64,000 nt of DNA from an uncultured Candidatus Saccharimonas sp. (GTDB lineage Bacteria > Patescibacteriota > Saccharimonadia > Saccharimonadales > AQU-01). Of the stretch, positions 18,131 through 28,407 are shown one piece after another (position 1 is the stretch's first letter; each line of letters opens with the position of its first letter). The position numbers and the translations under genes were made by a program. The notes below the pieces were generated by a model, which saw only the letters and a list, made by a program, of their open reading frames with translations, was not told the origin of the DNA and ran no database searches. The stretch covers positions 1,997 to 65,996 of the forward strand of contig CALRGT010000004.1 of assembly GCA_943358095.1 (NCBI GenBank). Reading direction: 5' to 3'.

Positions 18131-19912
18131 TTAATCGCGCTTTAGCATGACAGTAAACGCTTCTGCCGGAATCTCTACTTTTCCAAAACGTTTCATTCGT
18201 TTCTTGCCCTTAGCCTGCTTAGCTAAAACTTTCTTTTTGCGCGAAACGTCACCACCATATAATCCTGTCGTAACATCTTTTCGATAAGCGCTAATATCTT
18301 CTCGAGCGATAAATCTACCACCTATAGCTGCCTGCAATGACACTTGGAAGTTTTGACGAGGAATCACTTCTTTTAATTTAGATACAACATCTCGTCCTAC
18401 GCGCATTGATTCTGTACGGTGCAGCATAATACTTAGTGCATCCACCTTTTCTCCAGATACATAAAAGTCAACCTTGACCAAATCTTCACCACGATAATCA
18501 TCAAGCTCGTAATTAAAGGATCCGTAGCCGCTAGTTACACTTTTTAGTTGATCATAAAAATCGGTTAGCAAGTTAGCCAGTGGAGCCTCGAAACTAATCA
18601 AAGCTAACTGTGCATCAACATATGATAAGTTTTTCTGTATGCCGCGCTTGCTTATTATCAACTGAATAACTGCTCCAACGTAATCTTTAGGAACGACTAC
18701 TTCGCCCTTTATCCAAGGTTCGCGAATTTCAAGAATATTTGCAGGATCAGGCAAGTCGGCTGCAGATTTAATATCAAGTTCTTCGCCATTCATTAAACTA
18801 ATCTCATAATCAGTAGACGGATTAGTAACGACCAAATCTAGATTATATTCTCGTTCTAATCTTTCACGGACGATATCCATATGTAGTAATCCCAAAAACC
18901 CAATCCTTACTCCAAAACCTAGTACAGCAGAATTTTCTGGGGTAAATTGTAGGGCCGAATCGCTTAGTGATAGCTTTTCGATGGCATCTTTAAGTTCTTG
19001 ATAATATTCATTACTTTGAGGGAAGAAGCCGGCGTAAACAAAAGGCTTAACTTCTTTATAGCCTGGCAAATAATCCGAAGCAGGATTATTAGTAAGAGTC
19101 ACCGTATCACCAACACGAGCCTCACGAGTGCTCTTAAGGTTTGTAACGATGTAGCCAATTTCGCCCGCCTGTAAACTACCAAGAACTGACATGTCGGGCT
19201 TCAACATGCCTACTTCCAGGGCGATGCCTTTTGCTCCAGTTGCCATCATAGTGACTTGGTCGTTTTTGCTTATCGCTCCATCGACGACACGCACATACAA
19301 AACCACGCCTCGATAATCATCATAATAACTGTCAAAAATTAAAGCTGTCGTAGGGGCGGTAGCATTGCCACTTGGGCACGGAATATCTGTAACGACACGC
19401 TCAAGAACAGCTTCAATTCCTATTCCTGTCTTGGCGCTAATCAATAAAATATCTTCTGGCTTACAACCAAGTAAACCAACAACTTCTGCCGTAACTCGCG
19501 GCACATCTGCGGCCGGTAAATCAATTTTATTCAATACTGGGATGATAGTCAGGTCGGCTGCGAGCGCCAAATATACATTGGCTAAAGTCTGAGCCTGAAT
19601 GCCCTGAGAAGCATCAACAATTAATAAAGCGCCCTCACAAGCCTCAAGACTACGCGACACTTCGTAACTAAAATCAACATGCCCAGGAGTATCTATCAAG
19701 TTCAGCTCGTAATCCTTATAGGCCATACGCACAGGAGCTAATTTTATTGTAATTCCCTTTTCGCGCTCTAAATCCATACGATCAAGTAGTTGCGCTTTCA
19801 TATTTCTTTTCTCGACAGTTCCAGTAATTTCCAATAATCTATCGGCCAAAGTAGATTTACCATGGTCGATATGTGCGATTATACAAAAGTTTCTGATGTG
19901 GTCTTGTTTCAT
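18131..19912 (-). CDS. lepA: translation elongation factor 4 (LepA)
   Basis: 593 aa with GTPase motifs AHIDHGKST, DTPGHVDF and NKID, plus the LepA C-terminal region. Confidence 0.95.
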   Translation of the reverse strand: MKQDHIRNFCIIAHIDHGKSTLADRLLEITGTVEKRNMKAQLLDRMDLEREKGITIKLAPVRMAYKDYELNLIDTPGHVDFSYEVSRSLEACEGALLIVDASQGIQAQTLANVYLALAADLTIIPVLNKIDLPAADVPRVTAEVVGLLGCKPEDILLISAKTGIGIEAVLERVVTDIPCPSGNATAPTTALIFDSYYDDYRGVVLYVRVVDGAISKNDQVTMMATGAKGIALEVGMLKPDMSVLGSLQAGEIGYIVTNLKSTREARVGDTVTLTNNPASDYLPGYKEVKPFVYAGFFPQSNEYYQELKDAIEKLSLSDSALQFTPENSAVLGFGVRIGFLGLLHMDIVRERLEREYNLDLVVTNPSTDYEISLMNGEELDIKSAADLPDPANILEIREPWIKGEVVVPKDYVGAVIQLIISKRGIQKNLSYVDAQLALISFEAPLANLLTDFYDQLKSVTSGYGSFNYELDDYRGEDLVKVDFYVSGEKVDALSIMLHRTESMRVGRDVVSKLKEVIPRQNFQVSLQAAIGGRFIAREDISAYRKDVTTGLYGGDVSRKKKVLAKQAKGKKRMKRFGKVEIPAEAFTVMLKRD

Positions 19913-19998
19913 GCAATAAGCAGTATAACAGAGGTGGGAGTATTAACCAATCTATTGTTATTATCTGATTTATAAATACATAGCTTGGTGCTAATCGT

Positions 19999-21597
19999 TT
20001 AGCCTTGGTAGTCTACTCGAACAGGCTTCATTATAAACTGGCCAATTCTACGCAATACTGGTCGCGGCTCGTCCAAACCAAATAGTAGCGACATGCCGAC
20101 ATGTACCAAAATTGTTGAGCCTGCGATTGCACCAAATTTAAAACCTAAAGTTACAAAACCTCTGTCCGCCAACTGCAACGGCAATATTGTCACCATCACA
20201 AATGCCGTCATCACACTAAATCCTGTTACAGAAACAATTCTTATTACAGATCCCCAGAAAGCTCGGTTAAGAATGTATTTATCGCGCACTACCATTATTA
20301 TGAACAACAATAAAACTTCAACTGCAGCAGTTGTAGATTGTGCGAGAGCTAGTCCTGCCGATCCATATGCAGTTGGACGAGCCAAATTAAATACTAAAAT
20401 TACGTTCACACCAATAGCGAACAAAGAAACTAATAATGGAGTTTTGGTATCTTTTTGTGCATAGAAATATCGCGACACGATACTATAAACGATCCGGAAA
20501 AAGATAGCGATTGTTAGGTATCCAAATATAAGGGAGACTTCTGGTGCCACCTCTCCAAATAGCAAGCGTGCCAAATAACCACGCGTAAAATAAGAGACGA
20601 CTACGACCGGCATAGCTAGCCAAATCATAAGTCTTAGAATTCTAAAGAAATCGGCATGAAACAAGTCGGGACGTCCTTCTGCCAGCCGTCCTGCCAGTCT
20701 AGGAAAGGCTGCTGTAGCAATAGCATTACCAAAAAGCATAATAGGAACGTTAGCCAAAGTAGTGGCAAAGTTATAATAACTGACCGTGCCGTGTGCCAAA
20801 ATATTAGCTCGATTTGTCTCTACGATATTGTTAATAGAATCGATACCTTGGTCGATAGATCGAGCCGGCAATGCATGCGCCACCTGCTTAAAGTCGTTAG
20901 TCTTAAAGTTAATCTTTAGACGATATTTGAATCCTAACCCCCATAGACCAAAAGTTGCCACTAGCAGCTGCGCAAATGCACCCACTACAGCACCAACACC
21001 GAGCCCAACAACACCCAAATGAGTCTTAAATATATAGACGCTAATAATAATAGATAAGTTATAAAACAGCGGTGCTATAGCATAAAAGAAGAATCTACCG
21101 TAAGTCTGCTGAACACTGGTAATAATTCCTGAAAGTGTAAAAAGAAGCGGGTTCAGCGCGATTAAACGCATTATCTGAGTCGCTTGATCTAGATTGTGCG
21201 GAGAAAGATTTGGGGCCACAATGTTATGTAGCAAAGGCCGAGCAAATATAAAGATAATGACCGCCACAATCGCCATTATAATTCCAAGCAAATTTAGAAG
21301 ACTGCTGGTAATCTCCCACATCCCCTCTTTATCACCCTTATGTAATCGATCCGCCAACACTGGCACAACGGCTACACCCAACGCACCGGCTGCAATAGTC
21401 AAGAAAAAGAAGTCTGGTATCTGGAAAGCTGCAAAAAAAGCATCAGTACTGCCTGGGTCAATTAATGTAAAGTTAGTACTAACCAAACGGTTGCGAAAAA
21501 ATCCAAGCGTCTGACCGAATAAAGCCATAGCAATAAGTAACACAGTAACTCCGCCAAAGGAGACGCGATTATTTGCTTTTTTTATCCAGTGTTTCAT
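19999..21597 (-). CDS. murJ: lipid II flippase MurJ/MviN
   Basis: 532 aa with about 14 TM helices. The N-terminal region (GFFRNRLVSTNF) is typical of MurJ. Confidence 0.8.
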   Translation of the reverse strand: MKHWIKKANNRVSFGGVTVLLIAMALFGQTLGFFRNRLVSTNFTLIDPGSTDAFFAAFQIPDFFFLTIAAGALGVAVVPVLADRLHKGDKEGMWEITSSLLNLLGIIMAIVAVIIFIFARPLLHNIVAPNLSPHNLDQATQIMRLIALNPLLFTLSGIITSVQQTYGRFFFYAIAPLFYNLSIIISVYIFKTHLGVVGLGVGAVVGAFAQLLVATFGLWGLGFKYRLKINFKTNDFKQVAHALPARSIDQGIDSINNIVETNRANILAHGTVSYYNFATTLANVPIMLFGNAIATAAFPRLAGRLAEGRPDLFHADFFRILRLMIWLAMPVVVVSYFTRGYLARLLFGEVAPEVSLIFGYLTIAIFFRIVYSIVSRYFYAQKDTKTPLLVSLFAIGVNVILVFNLARPTAYGSAGLALAQSTTAAVEVLLLFIIMVVRDKYILNRAFWGSVIRIVSVTGFSVMTAFVMVTILPLQLADRGFVTLGFKFGAIAGSTILVHVGMSLLFGLDEPRPVLRRIGQFIMKPVRVDYQG

Positions 21598-21672
21598 CTA
21601 CAAATAATTATAGATTACTGCTGGCTCAAACCATAACTCTAACGTAAAAATGTAGAACTTATGATGCGTGAA

Positions 21673-23553
21673 CTAGTAAAGTTGAGCTTCTTTTGGCATT
21701 ACGGTGCCTTTGAGCACTTCCAAGACTTCAGCCGCTTCAACAGTTTCATTTTTGAGCAAACGATCTTTTAGGTCTTCGAGTTTTGCCCTGTTGGCCTTAA
21801 TTACTTGTCTCGCTCTAGTACCAGCTTCTGTTATCAAACTCTCAACTTCGTCATCAATAATCTTCGCAGTTTCGTCAGAATATTGTCTGTCGTGCATGAT
21901 TCTTTCCATCATGATACCGTCTTCGGTGTGGAATACTTGGTCGCGCAATTTCTTGCCCATACCCTGGCTAACAATCATTTCTCTAGCTAGTTCAGCAGCT
22001 TTCTGTAGATCATTTCCTGCACCGGTAGTAACTCTGTCAGAGCCGTAAACAACTTCTTCAGCTATTCTTCCGCCTAACATTCTGGCGAGCACATCCTTAT
22101 ATTCAATAATTGAATGATAGTTCTTGTCTTCTGGCGGAATAAACCAAGTAACTCCACCTGTACCGCCGCGAGGGATAATAGTAACCTTGTGAACAGTGTC
22201 GCTGTCTGGCAAAACATGACCAACAACAGCGTGTCCGGCCTCGTGATAAGCAGTAAGTTCCTTTTCCTTTTCGCTCATAACCTTAGTCTTACGTTCAGGC
22301 CCAATCGCTACTCTTTCGAAAGCGCTCGTCACATCATCCTGAGAGATTTGATGTCGATTGTTGCGTGCAGCTACGATAGCCGCTTCGTTTGCCATATTAG
22401 ACAAATCCGCACCAGATGAGCCAGCTGTTTTTGCGGCTAAAGCATCAAGATCAACGTTTTTAGCTAGAGGCTTTTTGGCGAAATGTATCTTAAGAATTGC
22501 TTCTCGGTCTTTTCGATCTGGCAAATCTATATTTACTCGGCGATCAAAACGACCTGGTCGTAATAATGCTGGGTCTAGCACGTCAGCACGGTTAGTAGCT
22601 GCCAGTACTATTACTGTAGTACCCTGCTCGAATCCATCCATTTCAACTAAAATCTGGTTAAGAGTCTGCTCTCTTTCATCATGACCACCGCCCATACCGC
22701 TACCACGCTTGCGACCAACCGCATCAATTTCGTCGATAAAGATAATACATGGGGAGTTTTTCTTTGCCTTAGCAAATAAATCACGAACTCTTGACGCACC
22801 AACACCGACAAACATTTCAACAAATTCTGAACCAGAAATACTGAAGAATGGAACATTAGCCTCACCAGCAACTGCTCGAGCCATCATAGTCTTACCAGTA
22901 CCTGGAGGACCGATGAGCAGAACACCCTTAGGAATCTTTGCTCCAACTGCTTCAAACTTCTTAGGAAATTTCAAGAACTCAACAACTTCTTGCAAATCAC
23001 TCTTTGCCTCATTAGCTCCAGCGACATTCTTGAATACAACTTTATCTTTTTCATTTCCATAAAGTCGAGCCTTACTCTTACCAAAACTCATCGCCTGGTT
23101 GCCCTGACCTTGTGCACTCTTCATCATAAAGAAAATAACGAAACCGATCAGCAGCACTGGGATAATTGCACTCCCGAATGTAACCCATAGATTGCCAGTG
23201 TTTGATTCTGGCTTAACTTCGACGACTACATCACGGTTGCTCAGACCTTGCTCGTAAATACTTGAGCCTGGCTCTTTGCGTGACTTTTCGTTAGCGCTAG
23301 AATCGCCCTTTTTGGTAACTTGAAGATCATTGCCTTGTATTGTGATCTGTTGGATTTGCCCAGCATTTGCTCTCCTTATAACATCGGAGAAAGCTACAGA
23401 CTTGAGCGGTGGAGTTTTGCCCATTGAGGCAACAACAATTAGTCCTATCAATACTAGTAGCGTAATAAACCCTACGTTTTTGAAACTTTTACGATTTTTG
23501 CCGTCAACGGCAGGCTTTAACTTGGGTTTAAACGATTTTTTATCCATATTCAA
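21673..23553 (-). CDS. ftsH: ATP-dependent zinc metalloprotease FtsH
   Basis: 626 aa with two N-terminal TM helices, the AAA motif GPPGTGKT, Walker B IIFIDEID and the zinc site HEAGH. Confidence 0.95.
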   Translation of the reverse strand: MNMDKKSFKPKLKPAVDGKNRKSFKNVGFITLLVLIGLIVVASMGKTPPLKSVAFSDVIRRANAGQIQQITIQGNDLQVTKKGDSSANEKSRKEPGSSIYEQGLSNRDVVVEVKPESNTGNLWVTFGSAIIPVLLIGFVIFFMMKSAQGQGNQAMSFGKSKARLYGNEKDKVVFKNVAGANEAKSDLQEVVEFLKFPKKFEAVGAKIPKGVLLIGPPGTGKTMMARAVAGEANVPFFSISGSEFVEMFVGVGASRVRDLFAKAKKNSPCIIFIDEIDAVGRKRGSGMGGGHDEREQTLNQILVEMDGFEQGTTVIVLAATNRADVLDPALLRPGRFDRRVNIDLPDRKDREAILKIHFAKKPLAKNVDLDALAAKTAGSSGADLSNMANEAAIVAARNNRHQISQDDVTSAFERVAIGPERKTKVMSEKEKELTAYHEAGHAVVGHVLPDSDTVHKVTIIPRGGTGGVTWFIPPEDKNYHSIIEYKDVLARMLGGRIAEEVVYGSDRVTTGAGNDLQKAAELAREMIVSQGMGKKLRDQVFHTEDGIMMERIMHDRQYSDETAKIIDDEVESLITEAGTRARQVIKANRAKLEDLKDRLLKNETVEAAEVLEVLKGTVMPKEAQLY

Positions 23554-23581
23554 TTATTATACAGAACCTATATTGCTAATA

Positions 23582-24508
23582 CTAGCGCTCATGCTTATCG
23601 AGTGCCAGATATTCTTTATTTATGTTTATGTACCTCTGTTTATCTACAGAAATTTTCTTGCCAACTTGTAATGTCTTGGCAGCATGAAGTAGTCTCTCTA
23701 CCTGTTGCTTGTCAATATTTTCGACCTGATGACTCCTCAACCAGCCCACCATAACCTCTCTCGCGACAATATGCGGCAACATAATAAACCAATGCCTGTC
23801 TAACTTATCAGAAGATGGGTGAATATCTAGATGATCACGGAGATTCTCGTCGATTTCATTATTCACTAACTTTAAATCATCAATATGACTAATAAACTTT
23901 TTCTTATCATCCTCAGAAAACTTAATTATAATTTGTCGTCTTACGTAGTTACGCAAATACTTTGTTTCTAGATTAGTGCTATCTTCGCGCCACTCAACAT
24001 TATTTAACTTTGCGTATTTGATAATGTCAGCCTTAGACATTCCCAGCAGAGGCCTAATTAATTTGTGAGAACTTTTTAAAGATGTCAAACCCTTGCGCCC
24101 TGTTCCTCTTAATATGTTGATAATAGCGGTCTCTAACATATCGTCCTGGTGGTGAGCAGTAATGAGTCCATCAGCTCTTGAAGATTTCATCACTTTTTCA
24201 AGAAAGTCATATCGCGCCTTCCGAGCCGTAGCTTCACTGGCGTCAGAACCTAACTCGCCTGCATCAAAAACGAAAGGTAGTCCATAACTTTTGGCTACTT
24301 CGCCTACAAAACGCCTATCTTCTACAGAGTCAGGCCTAATGCCGTGATCAAAATGCGCCACAATCAACACCATACCTGACTCAATATTACCGTCACTGGC
24401 TTTGCGATCAATCAATAATCGGCTATGCAACTGATACAGTAAAGCCATAGAATCAACTCCGCCAGATACTGCCACAACATAAATTCCCGAGCTTAAATCA
24501 AAATCCAT
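23582..24508 (-). CDS. tilS: tRNA(Ile)-lysidine synthase TilS
   Basis: 308 aa with the PP-loop VAVSGGVDS and HH.DD motifs of the TilS N-type ATP pyrophosphatase. Confidence 0.85.
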   Translation of the reverse strand: MDFDLSSGIYVVAVSGGVDSMALLYQLHSRLLIDRKASDGNIESGMVLIVAHFDHGIRPDSVEDRRFVGEVAKSYGLPFVFDAGELGSDASEATARKARYDFLEKVMKSSRADGLITAHHQDDMLETAIINILRGTGRKGLTSLKSSHKLIRPLLGMSKADIIKYAKLNNVEWREDSTNLETKYLRNYVRRQIIIKFSEDDKKKFISHIDDLKLVNNEIDENLRDHLDIHPSSDKLDRHWFIMLPHIVAREVMVGWLRSHQVENIDKQQVERLLHAAKTLQVGKKISVDKQRYININKEYLALDKHER

Positions 24509-24585
24509 ACACTAATCTTAGCAAGTGACTACGCTTTATACATAAGTGTTATACTATATGTACATATATTCAACTAGGAGAGAGC

Positions 24586-24984
24586 ATGACCAAGAATAAG
24601 AAACAGCAGCTAATATACATCTCAGTTGCCGTAGTGATATCTATTATAGGCGCTGTTTTCATCGCCACCCGACGCGCAGACACCAGCCTAAAATCTTCAA
24701 ATACGAAACTTACCAGTAAATTTGAACAAACGACCAATCCAGTAATAGACATCTACAAATCGACTTTCATGCAAAACAAAGTATCTATCAAAAAAGGTAG
24801 CACTGTTAATTGGAGCAACCTTGATTCTATAGACCACACTGTTACGGGTGACAATGGTGGACCCAGCAGTGATACCATCAAGAATGGCGAGATCTACAGC
24901 TACAAGTTTGATACCGTTGGCACTTTTAACTATCACTGCAAATTTCACCCAGCGATGACCGCCGTCGTTATCGTAACGAATTAA
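24586..24984 (+). CDS. membrane-anchored type-1 copper (plastocyanin-like cupredoxin) protein
   Basis: 132 aa with an N-terminal TM anchor. Candidate Cu ligands are H (DSIDHTV) and C/H/M (YHCKFHPAM). Confidence 0.75.
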   Translation: MTKNKKQQLIYISVAVVISIIGAVFIATRRADTSLKSSNTKLTSKFEQTTNPVIDIYKSTFMQNKVSIKKGSTVNWSNLDSIDHTVTGDNGGPSSDTIKNGEIYSYKFDTVGTFNYHCKFHPAMTAVVIVTN

Positions 24985-25042
24985 TAATCTGCTTCAAATC
25001 ATAAATACGCTATAGTATAGCTATAAGCCTAACAATATAAGG

Positions 25043-25432
25043 ATGTATATGAACAAAAAAGTTTTAGTAATTATTGCTGCTATCGTTGTCGTAGTGTTGA
25101 TTGCCGTTGGCGTATTGGTGTTTTTGCCAAAAAAAGCTAGCGCCCCCTCCAAAACAACAACCAGTACTGGTGCTGTTATTGTCGCTACAGCTAGCGTAAA
25201 CATCAAAGATATGGCCTTTAGCCCGGCAACAATTACCGTCAAAAAAGGCACCAAAATCACCTGGACCAATCAAGATTCTGTTTCTCACACCGTATCACCA
25301 ATCGTTGGCGACCCGGGCGAAACTCTTGCCAACGGCAAAACCAAATCTTTGATCTTTGCCCAGGTAGGAAAATTTCCATACCACTGCAATTTACATCCTG
25401 AGATGATAGGATATGTCGTCGTAACAGAGTAA
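25043..25432 (+). CDS. membrane-anchored type-1 copper (plastocyanin-like cupredoxin) protein, paralog
   Basis: 129 aa with the same architecture: DSVSHTV and YHCNLHPEM. Confidence 0.75.
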   Translation: MYMNKKVLVIIAAIVVVVLIAVGVLVFLPKKASAPSKTTTSTGAVIVATASVNIKDMAFSPATITVKKGTKITWTNQDSVSHTVSPIVGDPGETLANGKTKSLIFAQVGKFPYHCNLHPEMIGYVVVTE

Positions 25433-25478
25433 GCCTAACAGCTAAACTCGGTAACCAGACCTTCTTCACATATTGTTA

Positions 25479-25555
25479 TGGTAGCGGCGACAAGATTTGA
25501 ACTTGTGACCCCAGGCTTATGAGTCCTGTGCTCTAACCAACTGAGCTACGCCGCC
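25479..25555 (-). tRNA. tRNA with CAU anticodon (elongator Met or Ile2/lysidine type), CCA encoded
   Basis: GGCGGCG-TA-GCTCAGTTGGTTAGAGC-A-CAGGA-CTCATAA-GCCTG-GGGTC-ACAAG-TTCAAAT-CTTGT-CGCCGCT-ACCA. Pair 1:72 is a G-U wobble. Confidence 0.85.
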
Positions 25556-25632
25556 CCCAAAATAAGATGTTAAGAACTGTTTGTTGTATTTATACAAAAC
25601 AACAGGGGTAAATATAGCATATTTGTTTACAT

Positions 25633-25672
25633 AAATCAAAAGAGTCCTATCGTAAAAGGACTCTTTTGATTT
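25633..25672. terminator. 16-bp perfect hairpin (bidirectional terminator candidate)
   Basis: AAATCAAAAGAGTCCT-ATCGTAAA-AGGACTCTTTTGATTT. Confidence 0.55.
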
Positions 25673-25681
25673 GTTTGTGCT

Positions 25682-25780
25682 CTATAGATCCGCAATGATT
25701 GAATCTAATTCGAGTATTTTGCTATCTGTAGTTGCTACTAGCTCGTAAGATAGGCTTCTTGTTTTGTCGAATAATGACAT
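25682..25780 (-). CDS. possible 32-aa micro-ORF
   Basis: MSLFDKTRSLSYELVATTDSKILELDSIIADL*. AAGGGGA lies 5 nt before the ATG, and the hairpin at 25633-25672 follows. Confidence 0.25.
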   Translation of the reverse strand: MSLFDKTRSLSYELVATTDSKILELDSIIADL

Positions 25781-26047
25781 TTATGTCCCCTTATGTCGTA
25801 CTTTTATTGTTTTTGTTTGTTATTACTAACAACTACTATTATACATAACTTTGCTTTTTTGTCAAGCCGGTGCTTGTGTTTAATTGTTATGTGTGGTTTA
25901 ATTACGTCTGCAGGTCCTTTACGGTTCTAGTGCGATATAAGATTTTCGAAGCACTCCCTTGATTCAAGGTTCAAGTTCGTCGAGTTTTAGTAGCCAGTGA
26001 CGTTTAGCGGTCGAACTTGCAACTATAAGTAATCAAGGAAACATTAC

Positions 26048-26347
26048 ATGTACAAATTGTTTGTAGGTGGATTGCCATTTAGCACCACTGATGAAGAAAT
26101 GGCTCAATTATTTAGCCAGCACGGTACTGTTGCTTCTGCTGTTGTGGTCAAAGACCGCGACACTGGTCGTAGCAAAGGTTTTGGTTTCGTCGAGTTTGAA
26201 AACGACGACGAAGGCAAAGCTGCCGAAAAAGCTCTTAACGGATCAGACATGGGCGGTCGTTCAATTACGGTCAACCAAGCTCGTCCTAAAGAGGATCGAC
26301 CACGCCGAGACTTCGGTGGTGGCGGTGATCGCCAACGCAGCTGGTAA
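26048..26347 (+). CDS. RRM-type RNA-binding protein with Gly/Arg-rich tail
   Basis: 99 aa with RNP2 LFVGGL, RNP1 KGFGFVEF and a C-terminal RRDFGGGGDRQR. Confidence 0.9.
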   Translation: MYKLFVGGLPFSTTDEEMAQLFSQHGTVASAVVVKDRDTGRSKGFGFVEFENDDEGKAAEKALNGSDMGGRSITVNQARPKEDRPRRDFGGGGDRQRSW

Positions 26348-26372
26348 TTTATTACCTAGCTAGTTAGCATAA

Positions 26373-26399
26373 ACTCCTGCAGCAATGCAGGAGTTTTTT
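26373..26399 (+). terminator. intrinsic terminator of the RRM gene
   Basis: ACTCCTGCA-GCAA-TGCAGGAGT followed by TTTTTT. Confidence 0.8.
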
Positions 26400-26499
26400 A
26401 ATTCCAGCAGCTTATCTAACTAATATCTTCGTAACTATTATTCAAAAGTAGTACTATATAGTTATCGAATCTAAGCAATACCATAACTAAGGAATACAC

Positions 26500-26553
26500 A
26501 TGTCAAAAGATAAGCAAAAACGCGAAATCAGAAAACCTAAAAAGGCTAAATAG
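26500..26553 (+). CDS. possible 17-aa Lys-rich micro-ORF
   Basis: MSKDKQKREIRKPKKAK*. TAAGGAA lies 7 nt upstream of the ATG. It sits alone between convergent genes. Confidence 0.3.
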   Translation: MSKDKQKREIRKPKKAK

Positions 26554-26571
26554 CTCCTCTTATATAACCGT

Positions 26572-28038
26572 CTATTGAAGCGCAGCTGTTAAGCGCGCTA
26601 TATTATCAAGTATAATCGCACTTTTAGGACGAGCATGCCAGGCCTTTAAATCTATGATTTTGGTCGTTTTAGAGTAAACTTTTGTAATTTCATCAAGCCT
26701 CTCGACAACCTTCTTGTCAAATATGAGCATAGTTACCTCTAAATCTAATTGGAATGAGCGCATGTCTAAATTGCTAGACCCGACAACTGCAATGTCATCG
26801 TCAACAGTTATGTACTTTGAGTGCAGCAAAATAGGTCTATCATAAAGCAGAATCTTTACACCAGCCTTAAGTAACTCTTCATAATAGGACCTCTGAGCAT
26901 GTCCGACCATGGGCTGATCCATGACTTCAGAGTTTATCATCGTAACTTCTACTCCACGCTGTGCGGCACTTGTTATAGCTATCATCAAAGAATCATCTGG
27001 CACGAAATAAGGGTTAACTATGACTATTTTTTTGTTAGCTGAGTGAATTAGTGCGGTAAACAGCATTAGGTTATTGTCGTATTCATAGCCTGGGCCACTT
27101 GGCATAACTTGTGCCAATGTACTTCCAGCAGATTCAATCATCAAAGTCATCTCAGAGGCCTCACCCTCTCCAATCATCTCGTTGGACTCAGAATACCAAT
27201 CTGTAATAAATGCTGCGTGCAGCTGAGTTACGACAGGCCCACGAACTCGCACCATGAGTTCATCGTAATAAATATCATCGTGGCGGTGATAATTTCGCTT
27301 TATGAGATTCAGAGAACCGGTATATCCGATAGAAGAATCAATGACCACAATTTTTCTATGATTTCGCAGATCCGGTCGATTAAATTTTGGCCCCGGAAGG
27401 TGTAATGGAAGCATAGCGTGCCATTCAACACCAATGTCAGTTAGGGTTTTATTCATGATCTCGTATCCAGGCCTGCGCCTCGAGCCCAATGCATCAAACA
27501 AAACTCTAACTTTTACGCCTCTTTTTACTGCCGACTCTAATGCCAGGAATAAATTCTCGGTCGAATCATCAAGCACTATAATATAAAATTCAATATGCAC
27601 GAAGTTTTTGGCATTATTAATGTCATTTATTAATTGCACGAAGTTATCGTCATAATCTGTAAGTATCTCAATATTGTTACCGCTAAAGGCAGGCATCCCC
27701 CCAAGTTTAGTCGTTAATTTAACAAGATGATTAACTCTATCTGTAGCATCAAAATGTACAAATTTACGTAGTTTAGGGTCAGCCTGTGCTTCATCAACAG
27801 CAAATTTGATTATTCCATCCATAGTTCGTTGTTTTTTGCGCCGCGTTTTTGATAATTTAGGGCTACCGATAAGCAAGTAAATAACCAGACCAAATTTGGG
27901 GAATAACATGAGTAGCATCAACCAGGCCGTGGCCGACGATGGCTTTCTATTTCTTGGCACGAAATAAAATGCAGCTATACGAATAAGCCAGTCAAGAGCT
28001 AAGACCGTAGTGAATATATGGCTAAAATTTATGTTCAT
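26572..28038 (-). CDS. cls: cardiolipin synthase (PLD superfamily)
   Basis: 488 aa with two N-terminal TM helices and two HKD motifs (HRKIVVID..GS.N and HSKYITVDD..GSSN). Confidence 0.9.
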   Translation of the reverse strand: MNINFSHIFTTVLALDWLIRIAAFYFVPRNRKPSSATAWLMLLMLFPKFGLVIYLLIGSPKLSKTRRKKQRTMDGIIKFAVDEAQADPKLRKFVHFDATDRVNHLVKLTTKLGGMPAFSGNNIEILTDYDDNFVQLINDINNAKNFVHIEFYIIVLDDSTENLFLALESAVKRGVKVRVLFDALGSRRRPGYEIMNKTLTDIGVEWHAMLPLHLPGPKFNRPDLRNHRKIVVIDSSIGYTGSLNLIKRNYHRHDDIYYDELMVRVRGPVVTQLHAAFITDWYSESNEMIGEGEASEMTLMIESAGSTLAQVMPSGPGYEYDNNLMLFTALIHSANKKIVIVNPYFVPDDSLMIAITSAAQRGVEVTMINSEVMDQPMVGHAQRSYYEELLKAGVKILLYDRPILLHSKYITVDDDIAVVGSSNLDMRSFQLDLEVTMLIFDKKVVERLDEITKVYSKTTKIIDLKAWHARPKSAIILDNIARLTAALQ

Positions 28039-28134
28039 TTAGTTAATTTTATCACGCTAACGTATAGATCACCTTCTTCATGGTCCATATTTTAAATAAT
28101 TAAAATGACTTGCTATTCAACGCTGCTTAAGTTT

Positions 28135-28392
28135 CTATAAATATTTTGAGTTGACGTGGTATTTATTTATACCATTCACGATGTTACTATATCCTAATTT
28201 TTGCAGCTCGATTATTGCAAAATTAGATCGACTACCAGACACACAGTACAAAACTAACTCAGTTTCTTTAGGGACATCTTTTAAGGCTATAGCACCATCC
28301 AAAATTTCTTTTGGCGTTAAATTTATAGCGCCCTCAACATGATCAATAGCAAACTCTTCTGACTCACGAACATCTATAATTAGTCTCGTCAT
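28135..28392 (-). CDS. single-domain rhodanese-like sulfurtransferase
   Basis: 85 aa with the active-site loop YCVSGSRS. Confidence 0.8.
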   Translation of the reverse strand: MTRLIIDVRESEEFAIDHVEGAINLTPKEILDGAIALKDVPKETELVLYCVSGSRSNFAIIELQKLGYSNIVNGINKYHVNSKYL

Positions 28393-28407
28393 ATACTAGC
28401 AATCTGA

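Noticed and set aside
26067-26363. 98-aa ORF in an alternative frame of the RRM gene
   Set aside because: The RRM frame carries canonical RNP1 and RNP2 motifs, and the alternative frame has none.
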